Positions 32,420 to 43,860 are shown, counted from the first letter of the stretch. The stretch is 64,000 nucleotides of DNA from Nitrospirota bacterium (GCA_963845065.1 CAWJQQ010000007.1:32001-96000), one strand, 5' to 3'. Notes: generated by a model not told the origin, from the sequence alone. A program made the numbers and translations.

Positions 32420-34180
32420 TTAATTTTCCTCTGTCTCTTGCGTTACCCTGAGCACTTCCTCAACCGACGTGACACCGGCTACGACTTTAAGCAATCCTTC
32501 CTGTCTCAGTGTCTTGAATCCTACCTTGATTGCCGCGGATGTGATAGCGGTACTTGAGGCCTTTGCGATGATCAGCGTCCTTATAGCCTCATTCATTTCA
32601 ATAAGTTCGAAAATTCCAACTCGTTCCCTATACCCGCTGTTCTTACAGGCAGAGCACCCCACACCTCTGTAGAAGGTTACACTTTCGTTCGTGATTCCGA
32701 GGCTCTTGAGCAGTTCAGGTGTGGCGGGGTATGGTTTTTTGCAGCGGTCGCATATCTTCCGCGTCAATCTTTGCGCGAGAATACCGATAACTGAAGACGC
32801 GACCAAAAACGGTTCTATCCCCATGTCAATGAGGCGCGTTGCCGCGCTTCCCGCATCATTCGTATGAAGAGTAGCGAAGACCAGGTGGCCGGTCAGAGCT
32901 GCCTGAATAGCGATTTCAGCGGTCTCGCGATCTCTGATTTCTCCAACCATGATGATGTCCGGGTCCTGTCGTAGGATTGAACGAAGTCCACTGGCAAAGG
33001 TCACTCCAGCTTTGGGGTTCACCTGCAACTGGTTCACACCCATTATCTGGTATTCTACAGGGTCTTCGACTGTAACCACATTATTCGCTTTTCTATCGAT
33101 CGAGTTTATGCTGGCGTAAAGCGTCGTTGTTTTTCCGCTTCCCGTTGGCCCTGTTACTAGTATCATGCCATAGGGTTTGCTAATAAGCCTGCGATATTTT
33201 TCCAACATAGAGGGAGAATAGTTTAGCCCATCTAAGTTTAAAATAATGTGAGATCGGTTGAGGATACGCATTACCACGGTTTCGCCTTGAATGACCGGTA
33301 AGGTCGAGACGCGTATATCAACAGTCGCTTCGTCATCCATGCGCAAAGCGCTTCTCTCATGAAACACTGCTGTGACAACGGGCCCGGAGTCGCTATGAGT
33401 CACACGCGCCTGAAACCGTCCATCCTGCGGCGCCCTCTTTTCCGCAATATCCATCCCCGACATGATCTTGATACGCGAGACGATCGGCGCGTGCATATCG
33501 CGTGGAAGTGTTCTCACCTCGGTGAGTACGCCATCGATCCGGTAACGAACCTTAACGATCTTCCCTTCGGGATCGATGTGGACGTCGCTAGCACGGTCCA
33601 GAACGGCTTGGGCGATCAGCAAGCTTACCAGTTTTACGACGGGAGCATCTTCTGCAGCAGGACCGGCGACCGTCGCAGCCTCACGACCCACGCCTTGGTC
33701 ATCTTCAAAATCTATCGCTGCAGCCTCGATAGTCTGTTTCATACCGAAGTATCGATCGATGGCCCTCAAAATATCGGACCGGGTTGCCACAAGCTGTCGG
33801 ATTTTCAAGCCGGTCGCTTTACGTATATCGTCGATTCCAAAGATATTCAGCGGATCTGCCATGGCCACTACCAGGGCTTCCTTATCCTTATACAGGGGAA
33901 GAGCGACAAGACGTCTCGCCATGTCACCGGGAAGTATTTGTACACTCTCCGCATCGATTAGCTGATTGTCGAGCTCGATAAAAGGGATATTGAGCTGCCT
34001 TCCGAGAAATGTGGCAATATTATGCTCGCTGATGAATCCAAGGTCGACCAGAATCTCGCCGACTTTCCCACCTCTTTTTTTCTGCTCTTCTAGAGCCTTA
34101 TTGAGTTGTTCATCATGTATTAGTCCGCTGGCGACAAGCATTTCGCCGAGCATTTTCTTTTTTACTTCCGTAGCGGCCAT
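32420..34180 (-). CDS. GspE/PilB family assembly ATPase with N-terminal MshEN domain
   Basis: ASDVHID, GPTGSGKTT, LRQDPD, GEIRD and TLHTN motifs; tetracysteine motif; N-terminal LGEML..G repeats. Confidence 0.95.
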   Translation of the reverse strand: MAATEVKKKMLGEMLVASGLIHDEQLNKALEEQKKRGGKVGEILVDLGFISEHNIATFLGRQLNIPFIELDNQLIDAESVQILPGDMARRLVALPLYKDKEALVVAMADPLNIFGIDDIRKATGLKIRQLVATRSDILRAIDRYFGMKQTIEAAAIDFEDDQGVGREAATVAGPAAEDAPVVKLVSLLIAQAVLDRASDVHIDPEGKIVKVRYRIDGVLTEVRTLPRDMHAPIVSRIKIMSGMDIAEKRAPQDGRFQARVTHSDSGPVVTAVFHERSALRMDDEATVDIRVSTLPVIQGETVVMRILNRSHIILNLDGLNYSPSMLEKYRRLISKPYGMILVTGPTGSGKTTTLYASINSIDRKANNVVTVEDPVEYQIMGVNQLQVNPKAGVTFASGLRSILRQDPDIIMVGEIRDRETAEIAIQAALTGHLVFATLHTNDAGSAATRLIDMGIEPFLVASSVIGILAQRLTRKICDRCKKPYPATPELLKSLGITNESVTFYRGVGCSACKNSGYRERVGIFELIEMNEAIRTLIIAKASSTAITSAAIKVGFKTLRQEGLLKVVAGVTSVEEVLRVTQETEEN

Positions 34181-34899
34181 GGCACGCTCCTTTTTATCAC
34201 GTTAGTTATACCTCCCCTACCTTTGTTTTGGGGAATCTAATGCTTAGGTTTGGGGGGCGCTAAACACCCGATCGGTCACCTCTGTGGTCAATGCACCGCA
34301 GGTGAAAAAAAACGTACGAAGCGAGTCTGCGTTAGTATACCTTTTTGTGAAGTGTATCGTAAGTCCTTTTACATTCTATGTAATTCTGAGCGATTCAAAA
34401 ACCTCTATGTCGCTCAAGGTAACACTTAAAAAAGCGTAGGGCGTACCGGAGGGTCAACATCCACGTTTAGTAGAGATTATACCAAAATAACATTTGATCA
34501 GTAAAGACTATTCTGGTACCACCCCGGGCTGAGTTGTCTGGAAAGGGTAGCCTCTTTTACACTCGTAAAATTAAAGTTGTCACGATATTTGCCGATAAGA
34601 TAGAAGAGAAAAATCGGGACGTCGGGTTCCGATTAGTTTTTGACGAGTCATGCTATGTAATTCATGGTCCGTATGTATCATACCATGTTTGGAAACAGCC
34701 GAGTCGTGGCTCAAACCTCGGCTAAGAGCGTTCAACTCAATAAAAAACGGTTGAGCATTATAACGATGGTTCACTTATCTATATAGACAATAATCGACCT
34801 CGAATGGTGGATACTCAAATGGCGACTACTTATCAATACGATTCCACTGCTCCATCTAATTTACGTTTGCTGGTTGTTAACGCAGGAGGTCCTGGGGAA

Positions 34900-35973
34900 A
34901 TGACCGATAAAGGGAAAAATACCCTGCTGATTGTTGATGACGATCCCTATGTGCTCGAATCCATTTCAACGCTTCTTAAAGAGTATGGATATTCTGTCAC
35001 TACATGCCAAAATGCGTCTGACGCCTTAAAAATGGTCTATAAAGTCAATTTCGATGTGATCTTGACAGACATTAAAATGCCTCAGGTAACTGGTATAGAA
35101 TTTCTTCAGAATATTCATGTCTACAATCAACAAATCCCAGTAATTTTAATGACGGCCTTTGCAGAACTCGATGTGGCTGTCGATGCCGTCAAAAGAGGAG
35201 CCTTTGATTTTATCACGAAACCTTATAACCCCGACTATCTTTTGCACTCCGTTGAAAAAGCTGTCAAATATACGCGTTTTATCCAAATGGAAAAAAATTA
35301 TAAAGCCATGCTGGAAGATACGGTCCGCATACGGACGCAGGAACTTGCAGACGCTTTGACCATGGTCAAGAATATGAGCTCTGAGATAATCCAGCGTTTG
35401 ACGGCTGTTGCAGAATACCGTGATACTGATACTGGCGCCCATATTGCAAGGATCGGTCTCTATTCTCGAAAGATTGCCGAGGCCCTGAACATGTCGCCCG
35501 AATTCGTGGAAATCCTTACTTTTGCAAGTCCTATGCATGATCTTGGAAAAATCGGCATTCCAGATAGTATCCTTCTGAAGCCTGGTTCCCTTTCAAAGGA
35601 AGAATTCGATGTCATGAAAACACATACGATAATAGGAGAAAAAATGTTGACGGGTTCGACATATCCCGGGATACAAGTAGCCGCGTCCATTGCTTTGTCA
35701 CACCATGAACGATGGGACGGAAAAGGATATCCTCGTGGGCTCAAAGGTGAAGAGATACCCATTGGAGGGAGGATCGTCATGCTTGTGGATCAGTACGACG
35801 CGTTACGGAGTAAAAGGCCGTACAAACCGGCATTTAATCATGAAAAAGCAGCTAAAATAATTACTGAAGGTGATGGAAGAACGATGCCTGAGCATTTTGA
35901 CCCATCAGTGTTAAAAGCTTTCTTAACTGTAGCACCATTCTTTAATGAAATTTACGAGGTAAATCAAGATTAA
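34900..35973 (+). CDS. Response regulator with HD-GYP phosphodiesterase domain
   Basis: [18 protein letters not shown] and [11 protein letters not shown] motifs; start chosen from the RBS (ORF extends to 34804). Confidence 0.95.
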   Translation: MTDKGKNTLLIVDDDPYVLESISTLLKEYGYSVTTCQNASDALKMVYKVNFDVILTDIKMPQVTGIEFLQNIHVYNQQIPVILMTAFAELDVAVDAVKRGAFDFITKPYNPDYLLHSVEKAVKYTRFIQMEKNYKAMLEDTVRIRTQELADALTMVKNMSSEIIQRLTAVAEYRDTDTGAHIARIGLYSRKIAEALNMSPEFVEILTFASPMHDLGKIGIPDSILLKPGSLSKEEFDVMKTHTIIGEKMLTGSTYPGIQVAASIALSHHERWDGKGYPRGLKGEEIPIGGRIVMLVDQYDALRSKRPYKPAFNHEKAAKIITEGDGRTMPEHFDPSVLKAFLTVAPFFNEIYEVNQD

Positions 35974-36102
35974 CGAAACTATCAATTCAATTAACTGAAC
36001 CTCCCCATGGCTGAAGCCAGGGGGTTCTGAAAACCTTATCCAATTACTCTTCCGGGTTCTCACGACTGCAAAGGCCAGCCGCTACAACCTTTCACTACCT
36101 TA

Positions 36103-37216
36103 TTAATGGTCTCAAAATAGTCTGAACATTACGCCGCGTATTTTGTCGTTTCGCCGTTGAAGTAAGACTGCACACGATTCGGCGATTTCTGAATAAACCG
36201 GAGATGACTCACGACAGCACGGTGTAATTGCTTCGGGTTTGTAATGGCGTTCCTTCCGACAGCATTGTTCTTCAGGTCATTCCATACCCGCTCGTCCGGA
36301 TTCAGCTCCGGAGAATAGGGTGGAAGAAAGAACAACCGAAAACGATCCTTAATTGGCTTGGTTTCGATAAACTTGGTAACCTTGCGTGCCCTATGCGCTG
36401 GATGCCCGTCAACAATAAGGAAAATCTTACGGTCAGAACCATGAACCAACCGTTTAATGAACTCGACAAAGCGCGTTGCGCCCATGCGGCCTCGGACTAC
36501 CATGAATCTGAATTCACCTTGGGCGCTCACAGCCGAGATCATATTCAATCCGAAACGAGCCCCGGTACTGCTCACAATCGGCGTCTTTCCTTGGACTGCC
36601 CATGTAGTGCCCGCATGATGGTTAGATCTCACGCCAGCCTCATCTCCAAAGAATATCTGCGCCTTTTCTGTGCGTGCCAGGCTCCGAATCCTCGGGTACT
36701 CCTTCTTCAACCAGCGCTGAACTTCTTCCGGCTTTTATTGATAGGCACGCCAAATCGGACGCTGCGGGGTCAGTCCCAACTGCGTCAGCAACCGGCACAC
36801 AGACGCTTTGCTCAATTTTACGTCAAAACGATCATAGATCACCTTCCCGACCATTTTTGCCGTCCACAGGGCATAGGTGAACCTCATCTGAAGAGGGTTC
36901 TTCATCGTCTCGGTGCGGAAAACCCACTGCATGGCAGGGCCATCCAGCTTCGGTGGTCTTCCGCCCCGCTTACGAGCATCCAGAGAACCCCATCCGCCGT
37001 CACGGTATCTTGCCAGCCAACCGTACATGGTTGCACGGGCGATACCCATTGTTTGGGCTATAATTTCTGGACTATGGCCTTCTTGAACGCTAGCTACAGC
37101 CCGTTGTCTTACTGCTGTCAGATTCTTATGGTCAAGTTTTCGCGCATCAGTCTTTTTCATGCGCAGTACTATACCATACTGGCCTGATTATGTCCACATT
37201 ATTATGAGACAGTTAA
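36103..37216 (-). mobile_element. IS630-family insertion sequence
   Basis: Imperfect IRs ttaatggtctcaaaatagtctgaaca / ttaactgtctcataataatgtggaca; TA duplication at 36101-36102 and 37217-37218. Confidence 0.93.
36129..37160 (-). pseudogene. IS630 transposase with in-frame TAA at 36735-36737
   Basis: HTH part and DDE part (FGDEAG, VDGHPAH, LPPYSPELNPDE) are in the same frame, separated by RAYQ*KPEEV. Confidence 0.9.
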
Positions 37217-37901
37217 TAAATGCCAGCAGCTACAACTTCCCGGACATCGATCTTGGCATGGTCTTCTTTCACAGGTGATCCGCTCTGTCTCCGGCCCAAA
37301 CGAGTACGTTGTTTGAGACCGAAGCTGTGAGGAAAAGCACTCCTCGCATTCGCAGATTGTTGCTGCAATCTCGATACCGCCTGTTTAAGGAGCGGTTCCG
37401 CACCCGGCCAGTATCTACTTGCCTCAGCCGTATCGAGAACACCATCCTGAACGTGCTACGCAAGATATGCGGAATAGAGGTCCCGTTGGGCTGCTACTCC
37501 GCATTCACATACATGTTGCCGCTGCGAGAGCGGTTTTTTCTTTACTGTTCCGCAATGGCAGGTTTGAGACAGCCCGAGTTTTCGAGTTGGGAGTTTAATC
37601 ACTTTTCCGCCAGCCCGTGGTGCCACATTGAGGGTAGTTGACCTCGCCGGGTACAATGCAGGGCCTCTCGTTTGAATGATGGAATCTAGATAAGGTATTC
37701 TAGGTGGCCAGAGCGAAAACGCGGCACGCCGGATAGAGATAACGATTAGAAATGTCGTTCGTCTTATGCGAGAGACTCGCCGATAAAAGTTATAGCGGCA
37801 GAATTGCCGGAGGGGGAACTGCGTTTTGTAAATGACGCAAATAGATATCTTGTTGAAGATAATTAAATTTCATTTTATTCTTGACAGGGGCGACATAGTA
37901 T

Positions 37902-39127
37902 GTACCCGGTTCATGGACTGATGTTGCTGGCCTGGTATTTCTCCAGGCGAACCGGTTGACCGAAGGCTGTGCCAAACAGCCACTACTCCAGGAGACACCT
38001 AGTTGTCCCGGGAGATACTTTTTAAGAATGTTGATTGCTCCGTTCACGTCAGCATGGATTACGGCACCGCAATGCTTGCAAACGTAGAGGCCACGATACA
38101 CACGGCTGGCCTTATCCCTTGTGTTGCATACACAGCAGGTCTGGCTCGTGTAGTGCTCCTTTTCTTCTACAACGCGGATGCCTTTGAGTCTGGCTTTGTA
38201 CGTGAGCATCCTGACGATCCGGTCAAATGGCCATTTATGGAACTGCTGGTTTCCGCTCTTTCCCCAATCTTTGCCTTCTCTGATGTCCTTCAGGTCCCCC
38301 ACGATGATCGTGGAGACACCGCGAGCTTCTGCATCGCGGACAAGGGATTTGGTAAAGCTGTGGAGCAGGTGGGAACGCTGACGAGACCGTTTCTGGTTCA
38401 ACGCACCTGATTTCCGGGACTTGCTGTTGGTCGTCTTTGACTTTTGCATTTCAAAGTACCGCTCAAGAGCGGCCAACTCACCGCCTGGCCAAAGGGATGT
38501 GCTTCCATCCGTGCATGCTGTGGCAGCCATATCCTTCATACCAAGATCGGATGCCATCGTTTCCCCTTCTCCTTTCAATACGGGGAGCGTTATCGTATAG
38601 ACCAGGTGGACAAACCACGTGCCGTTGTCATAGACCAGACGGCCTATCCGGACATTGTCCTCGGTAAGACGGGTGCCGTTAGGAAGGCGGAGCTTCAGAA
38701 AGAGAAATTGTCTGCCGTAGATGTCCTTCGGGATGCTGAGGCGCACCGTGGAGGTACGCTCATTCCACGTGACGGCTCTCTGGCGGATGCTCTTGTTTAA
38801 GAGCGATATCAAGCTCGGTGTAGGTGAGTATTTTCCCCGTGGCCATCCAGACGTTCCTGGTATGCCACACAGCGGTGTTCCAAAGCTTCGTTGCGGAAAA
38901 ACCAAGTAGCCCGAGTGATAGAGAGGTGCTGTCGTCCGTTACCAATGCTTTACCAACGACAGTCATCGTTTGTACATCGGGCTCTTTTGCTCGATCAGTC
39001 ATGGTGGTAATTATATCAGGAAGGTGAACAATTGTCAATGTATCGTGAAAATAGCAATTCTTTGTTTTCTTCATAACCAGCGCCTTATATCCCCGGCCTC
39101 ACGGCCGGGGTCTTACGGCGCATTGAA
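37902..39127 (-). mobile_element. tnpB: TnpB family A copy 2, internally deleted and lacking the right end
   Basis: Highly similar to 2636-4018; about 160 bp missing near 38780; left-end hairpin ccccggcc-tcac-ggccgggg; TTTAT at 39128-39132. Confidence 0.9.
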
Positions 39128-39360
39128 ATAAAAACGGACAGCGCCACTCGATTCCTGTCGGAAAATAATACTGAATCAGTATATTTTCCCCGCCGTTAAA
39201 TTCCACGACGTTCTTGTCATCCGGAAGAAGTTTCTGGCTGAGGCCAGTGCTTTTTTTCGATTCCGTATTCCTGCCGGAGCTGCTATAATAAGCACGAGAA
39301 GGAGTAAAGAAATATTACGAGGCGGATCTCTGACTAATTGCACGGAACCTTGTGAAAAAT

Positions 39361-39909
39361 ATGGGAGATGCACATAATCCACTGCCCGTCAAGCTGTTTT
39401 TCGGAATGCTTACTCCGGAACTTTCTTTGTTCGACACCTGTATTGATATCTTGAGCAGCCAATTCGGTCCCCTCGATTACCTAAGCGATACCTGGCCTTG
39501 GGACATGACCGATTATTACAGGACGGAAATGGGGACCGGTATACTAAGAAGATTTATTTTCTGTGAACAGCTCATCGATCCAGCCGTACTTCCCGCTATC
39601 AAACAGTTCACCAATACCTTAGAAAATACCTTTGTATTGCCCGGTACCGACACGCTACGACGGAGGATCAACATTGACCCGGGATACTTAACAGAGGCGA
39701 AGGTCGTTCTCGCTACAACAAAAGACTTTTCACACCGTGTCTACATCGGTTCGGCCATCTATGCCGAAGTAACGCTTCGGTATAGTTTGCGCGAGCGGCT
39801 CTTTGTCCCCATGGATTACACCTACCCTGATTACCGTAGTGAAAAATATGTTATGATGTTTAATAACGCGAGAGAATTACTGAGAAAGGCTCTTCATAAA
39901 CCGTCATAG
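39361..39909 (+). CDS. DUF4416 family protein
   Basis: TDYYRTEMG, RRINIDPGYL and LATTKDFSHRVYIG motifs. Confidence 0.85.
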   Translation: MGDAHNPLPVKLFFGMLTPELSLFDTCIDILSSQFGPLDYLSDTWPWDMTDYYRTEMGTGILRRFIFCEQLIDPAVLPAIKQFTNTLENTFVLPGTDTLRRRINIDPGYLTEAKVVLATTKDFSHRVYIGSAIYAEVTLRYSLRERLFVPMDYTYPDYRSEKYVMMFNNARELLRKALHKPS

Positions 39910-39945
39910 ACATTTCATATAAGAGGGGGTAGAATTTAGTCGGAG

Positions 39946-40476
39946 TCAGTGTTCAGTAGTAGTAGAGGCTTGAGTAGAAGTCATGTTAGGCGTCGGTATC
40001 ACGACTGCAAGGAATGTTTTTGCTGCGTTAATGGTATCAGACTGGATAAATTCTTGAGGCGGTAAATGGATGCGATCAAAGGGTTTGATATCTTTATGCA
40101 TAAAACTGAAATCCAAACTATCCCAAGACTTAAACTCTTTCATCGCTTTCCTGATCTGTTCGTGTACCAACATTTCGATCACTTCAAAAGTTACTTTTCC
40201 CGTCTTTAGTAGAAGCGCCCCGAGCGGGGCATAGGAGTTCATTTTTTGCAATTTCAATGTTTCGAGAAGATCGCTATCCGAAATCACCCCGTCTTCCACT
40301 AGCATATCGCCGATTGTACGGGAGTAGGGAGAAAAAGCCTGAAGGATTTTTCCTCGATGAAATAAAATCGTACCGATATTATTCCCCGATTCTATCACCA
40401 ACTCTCCGGTGCGCGCCTGTACCCCTATCAGAAACAGAATATCAGTAACTGTCAAATCCAAAGGATTATTATTCAT
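39946..40476 (-). CDS. DUF4388/PATAN-like protein with MshEN-like repeats
   Basis: RTGELVI and GTILFHRGKI; IGDMLVEDGVIS...LGALLLKTG. Confidence 0.75.
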   Translation of the reverse strand: MNNNPLDLTVTDILFLIGVQARTGELVIESGNNIGTILFHRGKILQAFSPYSRTIGDMLVEDGVISDSDLLETLKLQKMNSYAPLGALLLKTGKVTFEVIEMLVHEQIRKAMKEFKSWDSLDFSFMHKDIKPFDRIHLPPQEFIQSDTINAAKTFLAVVIPTPNMTSTQASTTTEH

Positions 40477-40561
40477 TTTTACTATTTAATCATAAAATAT
40501 GATACGTGTCAAATAAGTAATTGGACTGCTTACCCTATAATGTCAACTTTTATCCCCCAAG

Positions 40562-41269
40562 TTAAATCTTTTTAACAAAAATCTCTTTCGTAATGTCCCG
40601 ATCCACTGCAATCATGGTCTCGCCGAGCTGCAGCACATAAGAAGGCCGCTTTTGATGGAGTTTAACCACACTGCCGGGGACAACGCCCATTGCCGACAAT
40701 CGATCAAGGCGTGAGTGAGATTCGGGGGTGATAAATACAATCTTGGCCTGCTCTCCTGGCATGAGATCGGCTAGTGGGGCAACAAGCGGCTTCATTTCCT
40801 GCCGAAATATTGCGCAGCATGCACCGCGGGGGATTGGCTTGCCGTCTGGAGAATTCGGGGGGTGGCCGAGCAAAGTGCATACGCTATCGGTCACTTCAGG
40901 TGACAAGATATGCTCGAACTTGCACGCTTCGGCCTCGGCACCGTCTAACAAAAAAAGGTCATAAAACAACCTGAGAGATAAACGATGGCGCCGAACCAGT
41001 TCTTGAGCTCTTTTCTCACCCTTCGGTAACAATTCGACCGTCTGGCCCTTGATATCGATCCATCCGTTCTTAGACAAATCTTTCAGTATGTTTTTGCAAT
41101 CTTTTAATGTACAGCTTTCCACTATCTGATCAAAAGCCAGACTCCCCTCCTCTCTTAAAGTCCAAATAATTTCAAATAGTTCGTCTTCCTTTTCAATTTC
41201 TGGTAATACGCACAATGCTGGATGGCCAGGCATCCCCTCAATAGTGCTCACTCTTAATTGTTCTGACAT
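40562..41269 (-). CDS. DtxR/IdeR family regulator with C-terminal FeoA domain
   Basis: LVRRHRL, ACKFEHILS, LGHP..SPDGKPIP and RLSAMGVVPG motifs. Confidence 0.88.
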   Translation of the reverse strand: MSEQLRVSTIEGMPGHPALCVLPEIEKEDELFEIIWTLREEGSLAFDQIVESCTLKDCKNILKDLSKNGWIDIKGQTVELLPKGEKRAQELVRRHRLSLRLFYDLFLLDGAEAEACKFEHILSPEVTDSVCTLLGHPPNSPDGKPIPRGACCAIFRQEMKPLVAPLADLMPGEQAKIVFITPESHSRLDRLSAMGVVPGSVVKLHQKRPSYVLQLGETMIAVDRDITKEIFVKKI

Positions 41270-41340
41270 AATGCCTCCTTAAAAAAAACGGCAACCGCTA
41301 AATTTTATTTTAATCACAACCCGAAAAGTGTCTTCTTTAA

Positions 41341-43326
41341 TTAAAGTGCTACCTTCAACGATCTTAGCACCCAGTTTATTGCGCCGCCGACGACAATAGC
41401 GAAGGGGAATATAAAGGCCACCATATATAGCGCAGCTCTGATCCCCTGTTCTTTGATCATTACAAAAAAATTAGCAATACAGGGAACGAAGAGCGTGACT
41501 ACAACGAGACTTACGACCGTCTGAATAGGATCAAGCAAGCCGCCTTTGGCCAGCATGAAGAGACCGGCTGCTCCGTAATCCCGCCTTAGGAAACCAATGA
41601 CTAATGCTTCTGTGGCTTTGCTCGGTAATCCTAAAAACCCGACAACTATGGGATCGGCTATTTTCTGAATGAGCAGCAGCATTCCCAGTTTATCTGCAGT
41701 AAAGAGAATGAGTGTGCCGAGCACAAAAAGCGGAACGGCCTCTTTTAAATACCACTGAACCCGCGCCATGGTCTTGATCAGGATGTTGGTCAATTGCGGT
41801 AAACGGATCGGAGGAAGTTCGAGAACGAAGTCCGATGGTTCTCCCGGAAGCAACTTGGACGCGAGATATCCTACTAGGAACAGGATGCAGACCATCGTTC
41901 CGAGCCATATGCTTGTTGCGAGACCAGATATGCCCGATACCATACCGAGCACGACTCCGAGTTGAGCTGAACAGGGAACTCCGAGGGCAAGCAGGAACGT
42001 TACGAGGAGTCGCTCCTTTTTAGTATCGAGAATTCGAGTTGTCAGGGTTGCCATCGTGTCGCACCCGAGACCGAGAATCATCGGCAGAACGGCCTTTCCA
42101 TTGAGCCCCATAATCTTGAATACTTTATTTACCATAACTGCGAGTCTCGGAAGATAACCAGAATCTTCGAGAATTCCGAAAGCAATAAAGAAAAATCCGA
42201 CAATAGGCAGCACGATAGCAATTGCATAGGTAAAGGCCATGGTCACGATGCCGTATTCACCGATGATGAGTTCCTGCAAAAAAGGCACAGGTAAAATAAA
42301 TTGCACGATTTTCGTGGCCCATGGATTTATGTATACTCCAAATATAGTTTTTTCAAGAAAATTGACTACAGTCCCTGCCCCTAGCACGCCTACGAATTGA
42401 TAGACTGCATATAACACGGCAAGCATGATTGGTATGCCGTAAACAGGATGCATGGACCATTTCCCGAGAAGGAATGCAATTGTAGAACTCTTTCCCACTT
42501 CGTAGCGATTTATTACCTGAGCAAGGATCTCATCGGCTTTTTTCATTCTGCGATGATTGATAAGATATCCAAGGGAGTTGTTAAACTTCTGCTGAACCCC
42601 CTGGCGAATTTTCTCGATTTCAGCAATTACATGATCTTGTATATTAGCGTGAAGCCATCCTATCAGGCTTTCGTCGCCCGAGAGGATCATGAGCGCAAGA
42701 GCGCGTCGAGAAATATACGCTTGGGGAAGAAGCGCAGCTACATCCCGTATTCCTCCCTCTATGGCATCTTCATAGCGGACATCGATACCCGATGCGCGAG
42801 GATGCTGGATGCCTTTTAATAATTTATCGATTCCGCTTTTACGGATAGCGACTGTCTTAACAACTTCGATGCCCAGTATACTGGAAAGTAGAGTTTGGTC
42901 GATGAAAATTCCGCGGCTTTTGGCCTCATCGTCCATATTGAGATCAAGAATGAAGGGAATGTTCATTTCTGCTAGTTGGATAGTGATTAAAAGTCCCCGA
43001 CGTAAGTTTTTTGTGTCGGCAACCTGAACAACAACGCCGGCCTTGTCCGTCAGAAGGATATCACGTGTGACTTTTTCGTCTTCGGACATAGGCACAAGAC
43101 TGTTGACGCCCGGCGTATCAATGACGATCGTACGAGTCTTGTTTAACATCGCATTGCCGTACGTTACTTCGACTGTAGTGCCGGGATAGTTGGATACGGT
43201 AACATATTTCCCTGTAAGGAGACCGAACAGCGCGCTTTTCCCTACGTTGGGGTTACCGATCAGGAGAACCTTGCTTAAATTAGAGTCTTTGTGTTGTTCC
43301 CCGCCATGTGAACCATGGTTATGCAT
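41341..43326 (-). CDS. feoB: Ferrous iron transporter B
   Basis: GNPNVGKS, SNYPGTTV, DTPG, LEDSGYLPR and PCSAQ motifs. Confidence 0.97.
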   Translation of the reverse strand: MHNHGSHGGEQHKDSNLSKVLLIGNPNVGKSALFGLLTGKYVTVSNYPGTTVEVTYGNAMLNKTRTIVIDTPGVNSLVPMSEDEKVTRDILLTDKAGVVVQVADTKNLRRGLLITIQLAEMNIPFILDLNMDDEAKSRGIFIDQTLLSSILGIEVVKTVAIRKSGIDKLLKGIQHPRASGIDVRYEDAIEGGIRDVAALLPQAYISRRALALMILSGDESLIGWLHANIQDHVIAEIEKIRQGVQQKFNNSLGYLINHRRMKKADEILAQVINRYEVGKSSTIAFLLGKWSMHPVYGIPIMLAVLYAVYQFVGVLGAGTVVNFLEKTIFGVYINPWATKIVQFILPVPFLQELIIGEYGIVTMAFTYAIAIVLPIVGFFFIAFGILEDSGYLPRLAVMVNKVFKIMGLNGKAVLPMILGLGCDTMATLTTRILDTKKERLLVTFLLALGVPCSAQLGVVLGMVSGISGLATSIWLGTMVCILFLVGYLASKLLPGEPSDFVLELPPIRLPQLTNILIKTMARVQWYLKEAVPLFVLGTLILFTADKLGMLLLIQKIADPIVVGFLGLPSKATEALVIGFLRRDYGAAGLFMLAKGGLLDPIQTVVSLVVVTLFVPCIANFFVMIKEQGIRAALYMVAFIFPFAIVVGGAINWVLRSLKVAL

Positions 43327-43379
43327 TCTTAGAAACGCTCCTTTTCGAAAGAGACGTATTATTATCTATTTTCAATCTC

Positions 43380-43832
43380 TTAATTTCTAGCATGTACCTT
43401 TTCCCTCTGACAAGTTTCACACAATCCGTACAACTCGAGTTTGTGGTTCTGAACTTTAAAGTGATTTTTTTTAGCGACATCCTGCTGAAGAGCCTCGATA
43501 CGTTCGTTTTCAAATTCAAGGATCAAGCCGCATTTCGTGCAGATCAGATGATCGTGATGATTGCCCGAGGCTTTGTACTCATAGCGTGTAAATCCGTCCT
43601 CGAAACGACGTTCATCTGCGAGCCCGGCCGCCGCAAATAGCTTGAGGCTCCGATAGACAGTCGCGTAGCCTATACCTGGGTGCGCCGTCATAACGCGCAG
43701 GTATAATTCTTCCGCACTCAGATGACGACCCGCATTGATAAATATTTGAAGAATCTGATTGCGCTGTATGGTGGATCTGAGCCCCTGGCCAGCGAGATAC
43801 TTCGCAAGTAGTTTAACGGCGTTTTTTCGCAT
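43380..43832 (-). CDS. fur: Ferric uptake regulator
   Basis: HLSAEELY, GYATVYR, HHDHLICTKCG and YGLCETC motifs. Confidence 0.95.
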   Translation of the reverse strand: MRKNAVKLLAKYLAGQGLRSTIQRNQILQIFINAGRHLSAEELYLRVMTAHPGIGYATVYRSLKLFAAAGLADERRFEDGFTRYEYKASGNHHDHLICTKCGLILEFENERIEALQQDVAKKNHFKVQNHKLELYGLCETCQREKVHARN

Positions 43833-43837
43833 AATTG

Positions 43838-43860
43838 ATATTGAATACCATTTTCAATAT
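43838..43860. promoter_or_regulatory. Fur box
   Basis: atattgaa-N7-ttcaatat palindrome immediately upstream of the fur ATG. Confidence 0.75.

Larger units (their letters stand above)
35995..37611 (-). mobile_element. tnpB: 3' fragment of family B tnpB with right end, interrupted by IS630
   Basis: 35995-36102 and 37217-37611 are near-identical to 30398-30898. Confidence 0.9.

Noticed and set aside
2510..36000. TnpB guides targeting other loci in the window (domesticated repressor scenario)
   Set aside because: By eye the predicted guides match only their own flanks, the tnpB genes are broken and RuvC residues are not specifically lost. A full-genome search is still needed.
36228..37187. 319-aa plus-strand ORF
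   Set aside because: Antisense shadow of the IS630 transposase with no recognisable motifs.
40562..43860. fur-feoB-ideR operon as a novelty
   Set aside because: This arrangement is already described in Geobacter-type bacteria.
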